64,000 nucleotides of DNA from a virus (IMGVR_UViG_3300009031_000221:192001-256000); one strand, 5' to 3'. Positions 9,738 through 18,947 are shown, numbered from the stretch's first letter. The notes: generated by a model from the sequence alone, not told the origin. A program made the numbers and translations.

Positions 9738-11810
9738 TCAAACGGGGACAATGGAGGTCTGGATTTTAGGAACCGCCCATCGTGCAATTGCATTCTTGGC
9801 GGCGTTCATAGACAATTTAGTTGTTATTTCCGCAGGGATGGTGATTCCAAATTGTCCTTCGAGCCCATTCAATTCACCTTTGACAGTGTTCATGATGGTG
9901 GGACTCCGCCCAGCCAATCCCGATAGCTTCTGAGCCAATGTCATGGATGGAGTGTACGGCCCTGCCCATTTGGACTTCCCCCAATGAGGAGAAAGGACAA
10001 TTCCCTTTCCTGGCATGAATGCCGGGGATGCACCTTCCGGGGGCAGAATTCGGTATTGCAATACAAGGACTTTCCCTTGAGGGAGCAAACGAACGCCCAA
10101 GTTATGTGCGGGAAGCCACCAACCCATAGGCCCCTTGGGGAACCGTACTGCATTGGCATTCATGTATGTGATGAACTCATCCGTAGGAGTACGGGGTGCC
10201 GTATCTGCTCCCCACCAAGCATCCGCAACTCGCATGGAAGCCAAACGCGGAGATTCCGGGCGCTTCAAATCATCCGTCCCTTGCTCATGCAGGAACTGAT
10301 TCTGCAACCGTCGCATTACGTCCGTGCCGCCGGCGAGGGGTTCATCATAGCCATGGTCAATCTCGTTGGGGTAGATCGGCTTGCCCCCAGGATTGCCTGA
10401 GTAGGTTGCTAGATGAATGTGTGATGGCACATACATATTGGCCCGCGGAAATACGTTTGCCATGGATTTGGATTTATCCTTTTTCCACCATTCCATAGTG
10501 TCGTGTACAAGCGCTTCTGCAACTGCAAAGCTACTAAGGGGATCCTTGTATCGCCAAACTTCATCATCCGGGGTTTGTACGAATACCACGTATTCATAGC
10601 CATGAGTGATTGGGTCGGATTGATCCCCATGAGCATTGTCTTCCGTAATACGGAATGTCAAACTTGTGACGGTGCCTTTCCTATCCCATTGTCGCGTGCC
10701 ATAGCCTGTAGACTTTTCAACCCAATTGAGCTTAGGGTTGACATTAGGTTGAAATAGTTGCTTCTTTGCGGGGGTAACCGGAATAGAAGCGTCCCGAAGT
10801 GCGGCTAGCATAATGCCTTTGACATCGCCATGATCTGATCCCGCCAAGTGTGCTTTGAATCCCCCTGGAATCATCGGGTCAGGGGTGAAATACACGTCTA
10901 CCGTTTGGTCAAAATCTGACCTAGGATCCGCTTTTGGATTGTCCAAGATAACCGTGAACCCATTATGCGGTGACCCCTTCAAGGTGGAATCATGGAACGC
11001 ATGCATGATTTTCTTAGCTGTATCTGCATCGACTCGAAGTGTAAGGTTGTCTAGCGTCGCGCCTGCTACCTTATCGGCAGATTCTTTGTCTCCAGGGCGT
11101 TGCTTGTGCTTTTCCTTGCGGCTACGTCCCTTGTCAACATCCTTTTCACGATTCTGATGCCCGCCGGCGCCCCAACCACGTGTGCCACGTTCCCGTTCGT
11201 AGGGATTGCGCGCAGGATCAAGTTGTACCGTTTTGCTGTCTTTGGTTGAGGCTACCATTTGTCGTCCTTCAGGGCTGATCTCCCGTTCTACCGCCATCGC
11301 CGGCCTGCGAACAAGGTAATTGTCCCACTTTTCATACCACTTGCCGTAAAACTCTGCCTTGGGCACAACACGGACAAGTTGGTCAGGGTCAGGGATATTC
11401 GGGTCGGCTACATAGACATTGTCGTCGTCAACGTCATAAATAACGGAGGCATGTGACCAGGGCCTACCTTCAGGGTTCCACGCAATCATGACAGCAACAC
11501 CGCGATCTGTATATGCCTTGACTTGAGCCAAGGTTGCAGGGCATATCAATGTGGTGCGTGCCCCGAAGTGCTGTGCCGCTGCAAATGCCTGTTCCCAAGA
11601 TGCACCCTGCATTGGGGCGGCTCCCATGACTTTGTTGACATCATCTTCCCCCGCATTCTGAATATCGAGGGCCTCCAAGCACATCGACAGGCTAGTAGCC
11701 ATGCAAGTGTACTGCGACCGTTGGCGCTTGGGATTGAGCGGTGCCGAAGCGGATTTATCCATGAGGATCCCCAGGCCGAAAACAACGTGGCCTATTGAGG
11801 GGGACATCAT
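9738..11810 (-). CDS. Mosaic protein with N-terminal C39-like (papain-fold) cysteine peptidase
   Basis: QRSQYTCMATSL (Gln and catalytic Cys), WSHASVI (His), VYVADPN (Asp). Confidence 0.75.
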   Translation of the reverse strand: MMSPSIGHVVFGLGILMDKSASAPLNPKRQRSQYTCMATSLSMCLEALDIQNAGEDDVNKVMGAAPMQGASWEQAFAAAQHFGARTTLICPATLAQVKAYTDRGVAVMIAWNPEGRPWSHASVIYDVDDDNVYVADPNIPDPDQLVRVVPKAEFYGKWYEKWDNYLVRRPAMAVEREISPEGRQMVASTKDSKTVQLDPARNPYERERGTRGWGAGGHQNREKDVDKGRSRKEKHKQRPGDKESADKVAGATLDNLTLRVDADTAKKIMHAFHDSTLKGSPHNGFTVILDNPKADPRSDFDQTVDVYFTPDPMIPGGFKAHLAGSDHGDVKGIMLAALRDASIPVTPAKKQLFQPNVNPKLNWVEKSTGYGTRQWDRKGTVTSLTFRITEDNAHGDQSDPITHGYEYVVFVQTPDDEVWRYKDPLSSFAVAEALVHDTMEWWKKDKSKSMANVFPRANMYVPSHIHLATYSGNPGGKPIYPNEIDHGYDEPLAGGTDVMRRLQNQFLHEQGTDDLKRPESPRLASMRVADAWWGADTAPRTPTDEFITYMNANAVRFPKGPMGWWLPAHNLGVRLLPQGKVLVLQYRILPPEGASPAFMPGKGIVLSPHWGKSKWAGPYTPSMTLAQKLSGLAGRSPTIMNTVKGELNGLEGQFGITIPAEITTKLSMNAAKNAIARWAVPKIQTSIVPV

Positions 11811-11831
11811 AGGAGGATCATCGAAACTTGA

Positions 11832-12089
11832 TTAGCAAATATCGGCGGGTTCTTGAGGGGCTAGAATTAGGGGCCATTCTGTATCGGATTCCCCGACTTC
11901 AAGTCCAAGTTCTACTCCATCAACTATGCCTTGTTCATATCCGGTCTGTAGCCCCATGTGATATGCCATCGTGAAAGCATCTTCTGCTCGGTCAGGCATA
12001 TGCACAACAGGCACGGGCTTATGGAGCATTGCTAGAAATCGATTCCAAATCCGGTCTTTTCGAGCATTTAGTATTTCAAAGGCATTCAT
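11832..12089 (-). CDS. Hypothetical protein
   Basis: 85-aa ORF in a tightly packed minus-strand run. Confidence 0.6.
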   Translation of the reverse strand: MNAFEILNARKDRIWNRFLAMLHKPVPVVHMPDRAEDAFTMAYHMGLQTGYEQGIVDGVELGLEVGESDTEWPLILAPQEPADIC

Positions 12090-12090
12090 T

Positions 12091-12531
12091 TTACTCCCCC
12101 TCTGTAGGAGGCCTGTGCTGGAGTGCCACCATGGTCATCATCTCATGAATGGTATCCGGGACTATAGCTGGAATGGTTGTCACAAGCATCTCTGTACAAG
12201 CGGCTGTCAATTCCTCTCGCATTGCAATTTGAGCCGCATCATCCCCAGCTAGATATCGAATAATCAGATCATTGTCCCGTGTCATTGCCGTCAGGATGCA
12301 CATATAAGCTTCCCGACGAAGTGCCTCCACAAGGAGTGCATGTGCTATTGCTCGAGTCCCCTTACCAGGCCATGAATCAAGCAATTCAGCATCGGCGCTT
12401 GATGCGGGTGTTTGATAAGACCAAATATGCCCCGTGAGATCCCGACATATCCGTACATTCAATGCGACGGTAGTTCCGGTAGGATGTTGTCCTGTAGGAG
12501 CCCATAATGCATCTGGGGGGATATTGCTCAT
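12091..12531 (-). CDS. Hypothetical protein
   Basis: 146-aa ORF, ATGA overlap with the groEL stop. Confidence 0.7.
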   Translation of the reverse strand: MSNIPPDALWAPTGQHPTGTTVALNVRICRDLTGHIWSYQTPASSADAELLDSWPGKGTRAIAHALLVEALRREAYMCILTAMTRDNDLIIRYLAGDDAAQIAMREELTAACTEMLVTTIPAIVPDTIHEMMTMVALQHRPPTEGE

Positions 12532-14174
12532 GGTTCATCCCGGAGTACGATTGCCGTTTCAACGGTGAGGATAGTAGCCGCCACGGATACTGCCGCTTTG
12601 ATTGTAGCAAGGGCAACAGCGGTCGGGTCCATAATCATGGGATCCACGGAAAAGTCCCGATAGGTTTCGGTCAAAGCATCCCATCCAACCCAACCGTATC
12701 CTGGGGTGTTCAAGTCATCGACTTTTGACCATGCATCCAGGACGTTGTATACAACAACAGTGCCCTCCTCACCGGCATTGTTGGCAATGACTTCAAGGGG
12801 ACGCATCAAAGCACGACGGACAATATTGCGCCCGTAGTCTTCCGCCGTGATACAATCCTTGTTCTGATATGTCCCCGTGTTGTTTAGCCTGATCCCATTG
12901 GACAATGCCGATGCTGCCCGCAGATAGGCGATTCCGCCTCCAGGCACAACACCATCGCGAAGAGCGGCACGGACGGAACCCAGGGCATCCTCAACACGGG
13001 CACGCCGTTCCTTGAGGGCTACTTCAGTAACACCTCCAATCTTGAGGATTGCCATGCCGCCAGACAACTTGGCGAGGCGTTCCTTGATCCGGTCACGGTC
13101 ATAGTCCGATGCGGAATGTTCTACCTGAGCCCGAAGGGTTGCAATTCGATCTTGTACGGCTTCCGTAGCCTCATCATGTGCAATCAAAAGGGTAGACTTG
13201 GGTTTGAATGTGATTTTCCGGAGCGACCCAAACCATTCAGGGTTCCATACCGTATGATCCAGCCCCGCATTAGGATCTACAAAGGTAGCTCCCGTGATAG
13301 CGGCAATGTCTTGAAGGTATTCCTCTTTACGGAACTGCAGCCCCGGTGCGCCAACCGCTACGGACTTCATGATATCCTTGACATCATTGACAACCATGGT
13401 TGTCAATGCGTCCCCTTCAGCAACCATGCAGAATACAACCAAAGGATTGTCGGGCCACTGGCTTGCAACCTCGAGCAAGTCCTGTACGTCTTCCAATGTA
13501 CGCAGGCGCCCATGGATGACTGCTACTAGAGGGTTGTCAATGACACGCTCGAGTTGATCCCCAAGGAATGCATCGCTACAAGGGCCTTGATCAAGCTCCA
13601 TGCCTTCTTTGAATTCCAGGGTGACTTCCATCCCGACACCATCTTCGATGGTTACGGTTCCGTCCTTGCCAACCGCCATGCATGCTTCCGCCATATTCTG
13701 TGCAACTTCTACGTCACCATTGCTGGCGAGCATTGCAATACGTTCAAGGTCGGCTTGATCCTTGATTTGATGTGTCATCCCACGAATGGCATCCATCGCC
13801 AAATCACGTGCGGCGAACATCCCACGGACGAGACCTCCAGGGTCTTGACCGCATGCAATCATCTTGTGCCCTTCCTGAAGCATTGAAGCCGTTAGGACTG
13901 CAACGGTTGTAGTTCCATCCCCAACCTCATTGTTCACAGCGATGCACGCTTCCTTGAGCATTTGACATCCCTGATTTTCAATGTGATCCTCAAGGGATAC
14001 TTCACGGGCTACCGTCACACCATCCTTGGTGGCAAGCATTCCGGCAAAGCGTTCCATGATACATGTGCGTCCGCCAGGGCCATAGGTGACTGCCACCGCT
14101 TGTGCGATCTTGTTCGCCCCCCGAAGTAAACGGGTTCGTGCGTCATTTCCGGTATAGATGTTTCGTGCGCTCAT
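12528..14174 (-). CDS. groEL: Divergent group I chaperonin (GroEL-like); likely start MSARNIY at 14174
   Basis: TKDGVTVAREV, GDGTTT, KERLAKLSGG, DGVVPGGG motifs. Confidence 0.95.
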   Translation of the reverse strand: MSARNIYTGNDARTRLLRGANKIAQAVAVTYGPGGRTCIMERFAGMLATKDGVTVAREVSLEDHIENQGCQMLKEACIAVNNEVGDGTTTVAVLTASMLQEGHKMIACGQDPGGLVRGMFAARDLAMDAIRGMTHQIKDQADLERIAMLASNGDVEVAQNMAEACMAVGKDGTVTIEDGVGMEVTLEFKEGMELDQGPCSDAFLGDQLERVIDNPLVAVIHGRLRTLEDVQDLLEVASQWPDNPLVVFCMVAEGDALTTMVVNDVKDIMKSVAVGAPGLQFRKEEYLQDIAAITGATFVDPNAGLDHTVWNPEWFGSLRKITFKPKSTLLIAHDEATEAVQDRIATLRAQVEHSASDYDRDRIKERLAKLSGGMAILKIGGVTEVALKERRARVEDALGSVRAALRDGVVPGGGIAYLRAASALSNGIRLNNTGTYQNKDCITAEDYGRNIVRRALMRPLEVIANNAGEEGTVVVYNVLDAWSKVDDLNTPGYGWVGWDALTETYRDFSVDPMIMDPTAVALATIKAAVSVAATILTVETAIVLRDEP

Positions 14175-14236
14175 GTTCCAATCCAAGGCAAGCGTGCCCA
14201 CATTGGAACAATACCCCGAAAAGGTGATCGGTAAGG

Positions 14237-15034
14237 CTACTGATAAGCTATGCGACCGATCCAACGTCCTGCAACACGGGATGCCGAGGAATTAGATGCT
14301 AAAACTGGAAATGCCCGATAGAATTCCTTGACCGCTTTCTTCCATTTGCCCGGTGCCAGCTTTTTCCACACTGCCATTTGTATGGAAGCAGTCCCTGCAA
14401 TCAATTTCATCAGGTAATCCCGTTGGTCCTGATCCTCCTCCACCCCTTTCAGGTGCTTCCGGGCTTGATTGATTATGTCGTTCAGTTGGGGATAGAATTC
14501 CACGTCATCCAATAGGTAATTCTCTTCGTAGGTCCTGCGGGAGTCATAAAGCTGAAGTGCCTGACTATGCTGGGGTGTCATGATGTGCTGGGAAGGCATT
14601 CCCGGTCGGGGAGCCACTGAATCCGAAAGCTTTGCCAAGTCCGCCATGAAGGACTGGGTTACGTGCTGTAGCTCATGCCTGACATCATCCGATAACCTAT
14701 CTACATCATGTTTGTATTTGAAACGCAGTATGATCGTCAGGTTATGGGTTTTCGGATCCCAAGTACCGGTTCCACGATCTTGAGCCTTCGCCACTCTCAC
14801 GATGACTTTGATAGCCTTCCATTCAGGGGGTAACTTCTTCAACGATTTGATTAGCGGGGATTCGGCATATCGCCACCCGATTAGATCCATTGGGAAAGTC
14901 CGAATTGCGGACTTGTTCATATTGGGTCCGAAGGCAGCCCGCCAATCAGCGTTTGCAGCCAACACCCATTCCGTGATGTCATTGACCATCGCGGGAGGAG
15001 GTTCTAGAAGTCCTGCATCTATTGATATGCTCAT
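14237..15034 (-). CDS. Putative zinc metalloprotease-like protein
   Basis: VRHELQHVTQ HExxH motif and downstream YLLDDVEFY. Confidence 0.55.
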   Translation of the reverse strand: MSISIDAGLLEPPPAMVNDITEWVLAANADWRAAFGPNMNKSAIRTFPMDLIGWRYAESPLIKSLKKLPPEWKAIKVIVRVAKAQDRGTGTWDPKTHNLTIILRFKYKHDVDRLSDDVRHELQHVTQSFMADLAKLSDSVAPRPGMPSQHIMTPQHSQALQLYDSRRTYEENYLLDDVEFYPQLNDIINQARKHLKGVEEDQDQRDYLMKLIAGTASIQMAVWKKLAPGKWKKAVKEFYRAFPVLASNSSASRVAGRWIGRIAYQ

Positions 15035-15243
15035 ATATCACTAGGAGGTTCGTGTGTTAGCGGTTCTAGCACGGAACTGAACTGAGGTGCATGAACCAGG
15101 AACGCGGCAATGCGTCGCCTCAGCACCCCGTCATCCGGAGGTCGACAACATGTCCCGGTAATCTGCTTCCGATACCTGCCTAGCTCAGGATTGGCACGGA
15201 TGACTGCCACGAACTGAGAGTAGAGTAACGTGATCGTATTCAT
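15031..15243 (-). CDS. Hypothetical protein
   Basis: 70-aa ORF abutting both neighbours; IRANPEL motif. Confidence 0.55.
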   Translation of the reverse strand: MNTITLLYSQFVAVIRANPELGRYRKQITGTCCRPPDDGVLRRRIAAFLVHAPQFSSVLEPLTHEPPSDI

Positions 15244-15857
15244 TAGGACACATAGACCAAGCAGCCAAACTTCCCGTTTTCCTTGCGATGAAACGTGAAA
15301 ACCAGCAATGAATTGATGATTCGGATGTTGGTGAATGGATCCGATGTCTTGAAAGCTAACTTCAAATTTGCTTGCCCGTCATCCGCACGGAAGATATGCG
15401 AATCAATGATGTCATCCACAACAATGTTGAATCCCGCTAGTACGTCCCAGGCAACGCTGTACCCTTGTTCCGCCTTATCAAAGGACTTGTTCTCATCTAA
15501 CCCTGCCAATCGAAACGCATTCCCAATCTGTCGTTTGATCCTTGGGTCCATCCGGTTAGGGGAAGCAGCAGTTCTCCCGGATGCAGAAGCTTCTACATCA
15601 AGAGATCGAGCGGCATGATCTAAAGTTCCCGTAGCCCGTTGCATGACATCTACGACTTTGTTAACATGGCCATTATCGTCAGCGATGGATCCGTAACCTT
15701 CCCCATGCCCACCTGGATGTCGTGCCGTCAATACCAGTACGGCATTTTCGATCAGGTTGTTCGCTTCACGGAGCTGATCCGCAGCCCAGTGAAGGTTATC
15801 CCTATCAGATGTATCCGCTTTTAGGTATCTAGTGGCTACTCGTTGGAATGATTTCAT
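15243..15857 (-). CDS. Hypothetical protein, possibly late or virion
   Basis: 204 aa; starts MKSFQRVATRYLKA; RBS-like GAGAGGA upstream. Confidence 0.7.
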   Translation of the reverse strand: MKSFQRVATRYLKADTSDRDNLHWAADQLREANNLIENAVLVLTARHPGGHGEGYGSIADDNGHVNKVVDVMQRATGTLDHAARSLDVEASASGRTAASPNRMDPRIKRQIGNAFRLAGLDENKSFDKAEQGYSVAWDVLAGFNIVVDDIIDSHIFRADDGQANLKLAFKTSDPFTNIRIINSLLVFTFHRKENGKFGCLVYVS

Positions 15858-15986
15858 CTTGTCCTCTCATGACGTACACCATGAGGAGAGGATAAGCGGG
15901 CTACCGAAACACGGATCCATTTGGTGTCATTTCTATAGGTTATGTAGAAGGGCGAAAAAAAAACGACTCGAGGGCTGGATGGTAGA

Positions 15987-16012
15987 CTTACTATTCGATT
16001 GGGATGCGTAGA
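15987..16012 (+). promoter_or_regulatory. Phage-type promoter motif CTTACT-N13-GCGTAGA ahead of the tRNA operon
   Basis: One of 18 copies with fixed spacing, each oriented toward downstream genes. Confidence 0.75.
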
Positions 16013-16020
16013 TAGAACAC

Positions 16021-16049
16021 TTGACAGCCGCACCGTGGAGGTGTAGGGT
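16021..16049 (+). promoter_or_regulatory. Sigma70-like promoter
   Basis: TTGACA-17 bp-TAGGGT with TG extension. Confidence 0.55.
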
Positions 16050-16074
16050 GTTCAATGTGAGGACAAGAAACGTG

Positions 16075-16179
16075 ATGAAGACCTTAACCACATCCTTTAC
16101 CGAGCGCAGTACCGTGACAAAGGGCGAGTCCCTTACGTCATGGTATCTGTTGTCGCCCGAGGGGGTGGGAGGTCGCTGA
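16075..16179 (+). CDS. 34-aa leader peptide MKTLTTSFTERSTVTKGESLTSWYLLSPEGVGGR
   Basis: GAGGA RBS upstream; translated by hand; followed by a terminator hairpin. Confidence 0.6.
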   Translation: MKTLTTSFTERSTVTKGESLTSWYLLSPEGVGGR

Positions 16180-16202
16180 ACGATTGAATCGTCTGCACCT
16201 TG

Positions 16203-16234
16203 AAACCCTCTCCGGCAACGCCCGAGAGGGTTTT
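16203..16234 (+). terminator. Attenuator-type intrinsic terminator
   Basis: AAACCCTCTC/GAGAGGGTTT 10-bp stem followed by T; its 5' arm can alternatively pair with 16149-16166. Confidence 0.65.
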
Positions 16235-16265
16235 CGCGTTTCTAGGGCCTTCGCGGCCCGCTGAA

Positions 16266-16280
16266 CTTTGACAACTGAAT
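16266..16280 (+). promoter_or_regulatory. boxA-like antitermination sequence
   Basis: CTTTGACAACTGAAT resembles rRNA-leader boxA; near-identical copies at 42461-42475 and 61716-61729 on the minus strand. Confidence 0.5.
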
Positions 16281-16342
16281 ACGTTGTATCTTCGTGCCGG
16301 GGACACCCGTCTTAGGACGTAATGGTGTCCCCGGCACGCGAT

Positions 16343-16426
16343 GCCCGGGTGATGAAACTGGTAGACTTCCCTGTCTCAGAAGCAGGGGCTCGTAAGGGCG
16401 TGCGGATTCGACTTCCGCCTCGGGCA
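16343..16426 (+). tRNA. tRNA-Leu(CAG)
   Basis: Cloverleaf with long variable arm; anticodon loop CUCAGAA. Confidence 0.85.
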
Positions 16427-16452
16427 CTATGGTAGATTTGGCTACCGACAAC

Positions 16453-16535
16453 GGGGGTATTGGGCAGGTGGTGAGCCCAATTGACTGTAAATCAATCGCC
16501 TTTCGGCTGTGGTAGTTCGATTCTACTTGCCCCCA
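16453..16535 (+). tRNA. tRNA-Tyr(GTA)
   Basis: Cloverleaf; loop CUGUAAA. Confidence 0.9.
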
Positions 16536-16577
16536 CCTAATAGTTGACAGGCTTGCGAAACTCCCATACCATGAGGT

Positions 16578-17117
16578 ATGAGAAATACGCCCTATCCCGA
16601 GATACCTTGTGAATACTGCAAAAATCCTTTTTCCCCAAAGGATCCTCGATCCCGGTACTGTTCGCTATCTTGTGCCGGAAAGGTCGTTGGTCGTCGTCGG
16701 ATTATTTCTGATGAAACAAGGGTTAAAATGGCAGTTGCCCGGAAAACCTTCTGGGATAATCACGATAATCCGCAGAAGGGCAATCCAGACCACGCTCAAG
16801 CCGTGGGTCAAAGTACAAAGGGTAAATACAAGAAAAACCCGGCATCTATTTTGGATCTCAGTTCTCGCACGGTGCGTAAACTGTTACAACGGATCAATCC
16901 TGGGTGCTCAAGATTCCAATGTGGATGGAAAGAAGGTATAGGAGACATTCACCATATCAACGGGAGGAAGGTGGCAGATGCAAATGGGCACTGGAATTTA
17001 TCCTATCTATGCCCTAATTGCCATCGTTTAGTACATGAAGGCAAGGTTCCCAAAGATGAATTGGTCACAATTCAAACCCAATTGGGAGAAACTTGGTTCG
17101 ATCATTATTACGGGTGA
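16578..17117 (+). CDS. Free-standing HNH endonuclease with zinc fingers
   Basis: CEYC..CSLSC; IHHING..N..NLSYLCPNCH; own TTGACA-17-TACCAT promoter at 16544. Confidence 0.85.
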   Translation: MRNTPYPEIPCEYCKNPFSPKDPRSRYCSLSCAGKVVGRRRIISDETRVKMAVARKTFWDNHDNPQKGNPDHAQAVGQSTKGKYKKNPASILDLSSRTVRKLLQRINPGCSRFQCGWKEGIGDIHHINGRKVADANGHWNLSYLCPNCHRLVHEGKVPKDELVTIQTQLGETWFDHYYG

Positions 17118-17129
17118 TCGAATCCCCAC

Positions 17130-17210
17130 GGCACCATTGAGCAAAGGCCGCTCGTGACTCTGTAAAAGTCATCTTTCACCGGGGAGGTGGTTCGATACCA
17201 CCTGGTGCCA
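17130..17210 (+). tRNA. tRNA-Tyr(GTA), second copy
   Basis: Cloverleaf; loop CUGUAAA. Confidence 0.8.
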
Positions 17211-17263
17211 CCCCGGGTTCCTGGACTAATCCGAAAGGTTCAAAATCCAGGAACCCGTATAAT

Positions 17264-17356
17264 GGATCCGTGGCCGAGAGGCTTATGGCGCTCGTTTCGA
17301 AAACGAGATGTCGGTGATGAGCCGGCACACAGGTTCAAATCCTGTCGGATCCGCCA
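17264..17356 (+). tRNA. tRNA-Ser(CGA)
   Basis: Long variable arm; loop UUCGAAA; encoded CCA. Confidence 0.9.
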
Positions 17357-17427
17357 ACGTCTGCTATGTTGCAACAGGGAAGCAATACCTCCGGGTATGT
17401 CGGGTTCGAATCCCGAGGCGTTATTAT

Positions 17428-17517
17428 GGAGATGTGGCCGAGCCCGGCTTATGGCGTCAGTCTTGAAAACTGAAGGGTGTAAAAGCTCCAGGGGTTCGAA
17501 TCCCTTCGTCTCCGCCA
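17428..17517 (+). tRNA. tRNA-Ser(TGA)
   Basis: Loop CUUGAAA; encoded CCA. Confidence 0.9.
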
Positions 17518-17529
17518 GTGTCTAACCAA

Positions 17530-17622
17530 GGAAGCGTACCCAAGTGGTTAAGGGGGCGGTTTGCTAAACCGTTAGGTCGTCTAGAAAACGGCGCGTGGGT
17601 TCAATCCCCACCGCTTCCGCCA
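17530..17622 (+). tRNA. tRNA-Ser(GCT)
   Basis: Loop UUGCUAA; encoded CCA. Confidence 0.9.
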
Positions 17623-17631
17623 GTGTCCGAT

Positions 17632-17719
17632 GTCATCGTGGGGAAATTTGGTAGACCCATTAGCTTGAGGTGCTAACGCTCGCAAGGGCATACGGGTTCG
17701 ACTCCCGTCGATGACACCA
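17632..17719 (+). tRNA. tRNA-Leu(GAG)
   Basis: Loop UUGAGGU; encoded CCA. Confidence 0.9.
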
Positions 17720-17831
17720 GTTCATAGGATAAGTGTTGAACATATGTGTGAAGCGGGCGCCCGTAAATCACACGGATAATCCGTCCTGATAGTATCGGGA
17801 AAATTCAGGTCAAACCCTGATGAGCTAAAAT

Positions 17832-17923
17832 GGAAACGTCGTCTAGTGGCCGAGGGCACCCGCTTGGAAAGCGGGCGATCATGTAAAAGTGGTCCGGGAG
17901 TTCGAATCTCCCCGTTTCCGCCA
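17832..17923 (+). tRNA. tRNA-Ser(GGA)
   Basis: Loop UUGGAAA; encoded CCA. Confidence 0.9.
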
Positions 17924-17935
17924 GTGTGTAAGAAT

Positions 17936-18007
17936 GCCCCTATCCGCTAGTGGTTAGGCGACCGGATTCTCAATCCGTCAACATCGGTTCAAATCCGATT
18001 AGGGGCA
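17936..18007 (+). tRNA. tRNA-Glu(CTC)
   Basis: Loop UUCUCAA. Confidence 0.85.
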
Positions 18008-18020
18008 CTGAGTAAATAAT

Positions 18021-18091
18021 GGGTTGGGTGCTGGGCACGGATTGGTCTCCAAAACCGATCTTCGAGGGTTCGATTCCCTCCCTTCTCGCCA
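18021..18091 (+). tRNA. Atypical tRNA-Trp(CCA)
   Basis: Loop CUCCAAA; very short D-arm GUGC-UGG-GCAC; two U-U mismatches in the acceptor stem; encoded CCA. Confidence 0.6.
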
Positions 18092-18092
18092 T

Positions 18093-18235
18093 GAGGGGTA
18101 CGCCAAACGGATTGGCACAAGCATTGAAAACTTGAAAACAGTAAACATGCTTCACAACTCGTCAACATTCCTTCGGGAATGCCGACAATCAGTTAAGCAC
18201 ACACGCAATAGTAGGTTCGACTCCTACACCCCCCA
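18093..18235 (+). ncRNA. tRNA-like RNA carrying the conserved inserted stem module (remote copy)
   Basis: Acceptor, D and T arms present; insert UGCUU..ACUCGUC..GACAAUC..AAGCA-CACACG. Confidence 0.7.
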
Positions 18236-18421
18236 CTAATTCGGATCCGGCAATGATTCAAATAGGATTTCACCGTCCTCGCGGAGCCATGCAATGACAT
18301 GACCCGAAAGTACTAGATTAATCAATGCCTGATCAATTTCAGGAGTAGCTGAAGGTGGCAAGGCCCTTAGATGGGCAACGGCATCTTCTACGGAGATAGG
18401 TTCAAGAGTCAAAGGGGGCAT
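18236..18421 (-). CDS. Small hypothetical protein antisense within the tRNA operon
   Basis: 61-aa ORF filling a gap between tRNAs. Confidence 0.4.
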   Translation of the reverse strand: MPPLTLEPISVEDAVAHLRALPPSATPEIDQALINLVLSGHVIAWLREDGEILFESLPDPN

Positions 18422-18450
18422 ATCGGCACCTCAGAGATATTGTACCATAT

Positions 18451-18524
18451 GCTTGGGTAGCTCAGCAGGTAGTAGCACTAGACTGAAAATCTAGGTGTCG
18501 TCGGTTCAATTCCGACCCCAAGCA
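18451..18524 (+). tRNA. tRNA-Phe(GAA)
   Basis: Loop CUGAAAA. Confidence 0.85.
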
Positions 18525-18538
18525 CTTGAATTGTAAAT

Positions 18539-18614
18539 GCTTCATTAGCTTTGATGGTCAAAGCGTCGGCTTGAAACCCCGAAGAATTCCGTTCGATACG
18601 GAGATGGAGCACCA
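18539..18614 (+). tRNA. Atypical tRNA-Phe(GAA)
   Basis: Loop UUGAAAC with a C-C mismatch in the stem; encoded CCA. Confidence 0.6.
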
Positions 18615-18616
18615 TC

Positions 18617-18688
18617 GAATGTCGTAGTTCAACGGTAGAACTGGGACTGAACGTCTTGCATGAGGGATTCAATCGCCCTCCGCATTCG
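18617..18688 (+). pseudogene. Degenerate tRNA (Phe-like)
   Basis: Good D-arm; 5-nt anticodon loop and 9-nt T loop. Confidence 0.45.
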
Positions 18689-18693
18689 AGTTG

Positions 18694-18762
18694 TTTGGAA
18701 GTGCCCGGTGGCAGGGCGGCGGTGTGATACCGTGTGGGATGGTTCGATTCCATCATCCAAAG
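18694..18762 (+). pseudogene. Degenerate tRNA (His-like, GUG in a non-canonical loop)
   Basis: Canonical T arm GAUGG-UUCGAUU-CCAUC; irregular anticodon loop. Confidence 0.45.
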
Positions 18763-18769
18763 TTTCTAA

Positions 18770-18842
18770 GCCCGGATAGCTCAGTTGGTAGAGCGGAAGC
18801 CTGAAGAGCTTCGCGTCGGCGGTTCAACTCCGTCTCCGGGCG
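18770..18842 (+). tRNA. tRNA-Phe(GAA)
   Basis: Loop CUGAAGA. Confidence 0.9.
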
Positions 18843-18847
18843 CTGAT

Positions 18848-18932
18848 GGGGATGTGGGCTGTCAAGGAGAATTGGCACATCCGGCAGACTTAAAATCTGC
18901 CGCCTTTGAGGGTTCGAATCCCTTTGTCCTCA
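18848..18932 (+). tRNA. Atypical tRNA-Leu(TAA)
   Basis: Loop CUUAAAA; enlarged D region; short variable arm. Confidence 0.65.
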
Positions 18933-18947
18933 CTGTAGTGGTAAAAT

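Noticed and set aside
17815-17845. Hammerhead-like CUGAUGA..GAAA
   Set aside because: Stem II does not pair and the GAAA belongs to the 5' end of tRNA-Ser(GGA).
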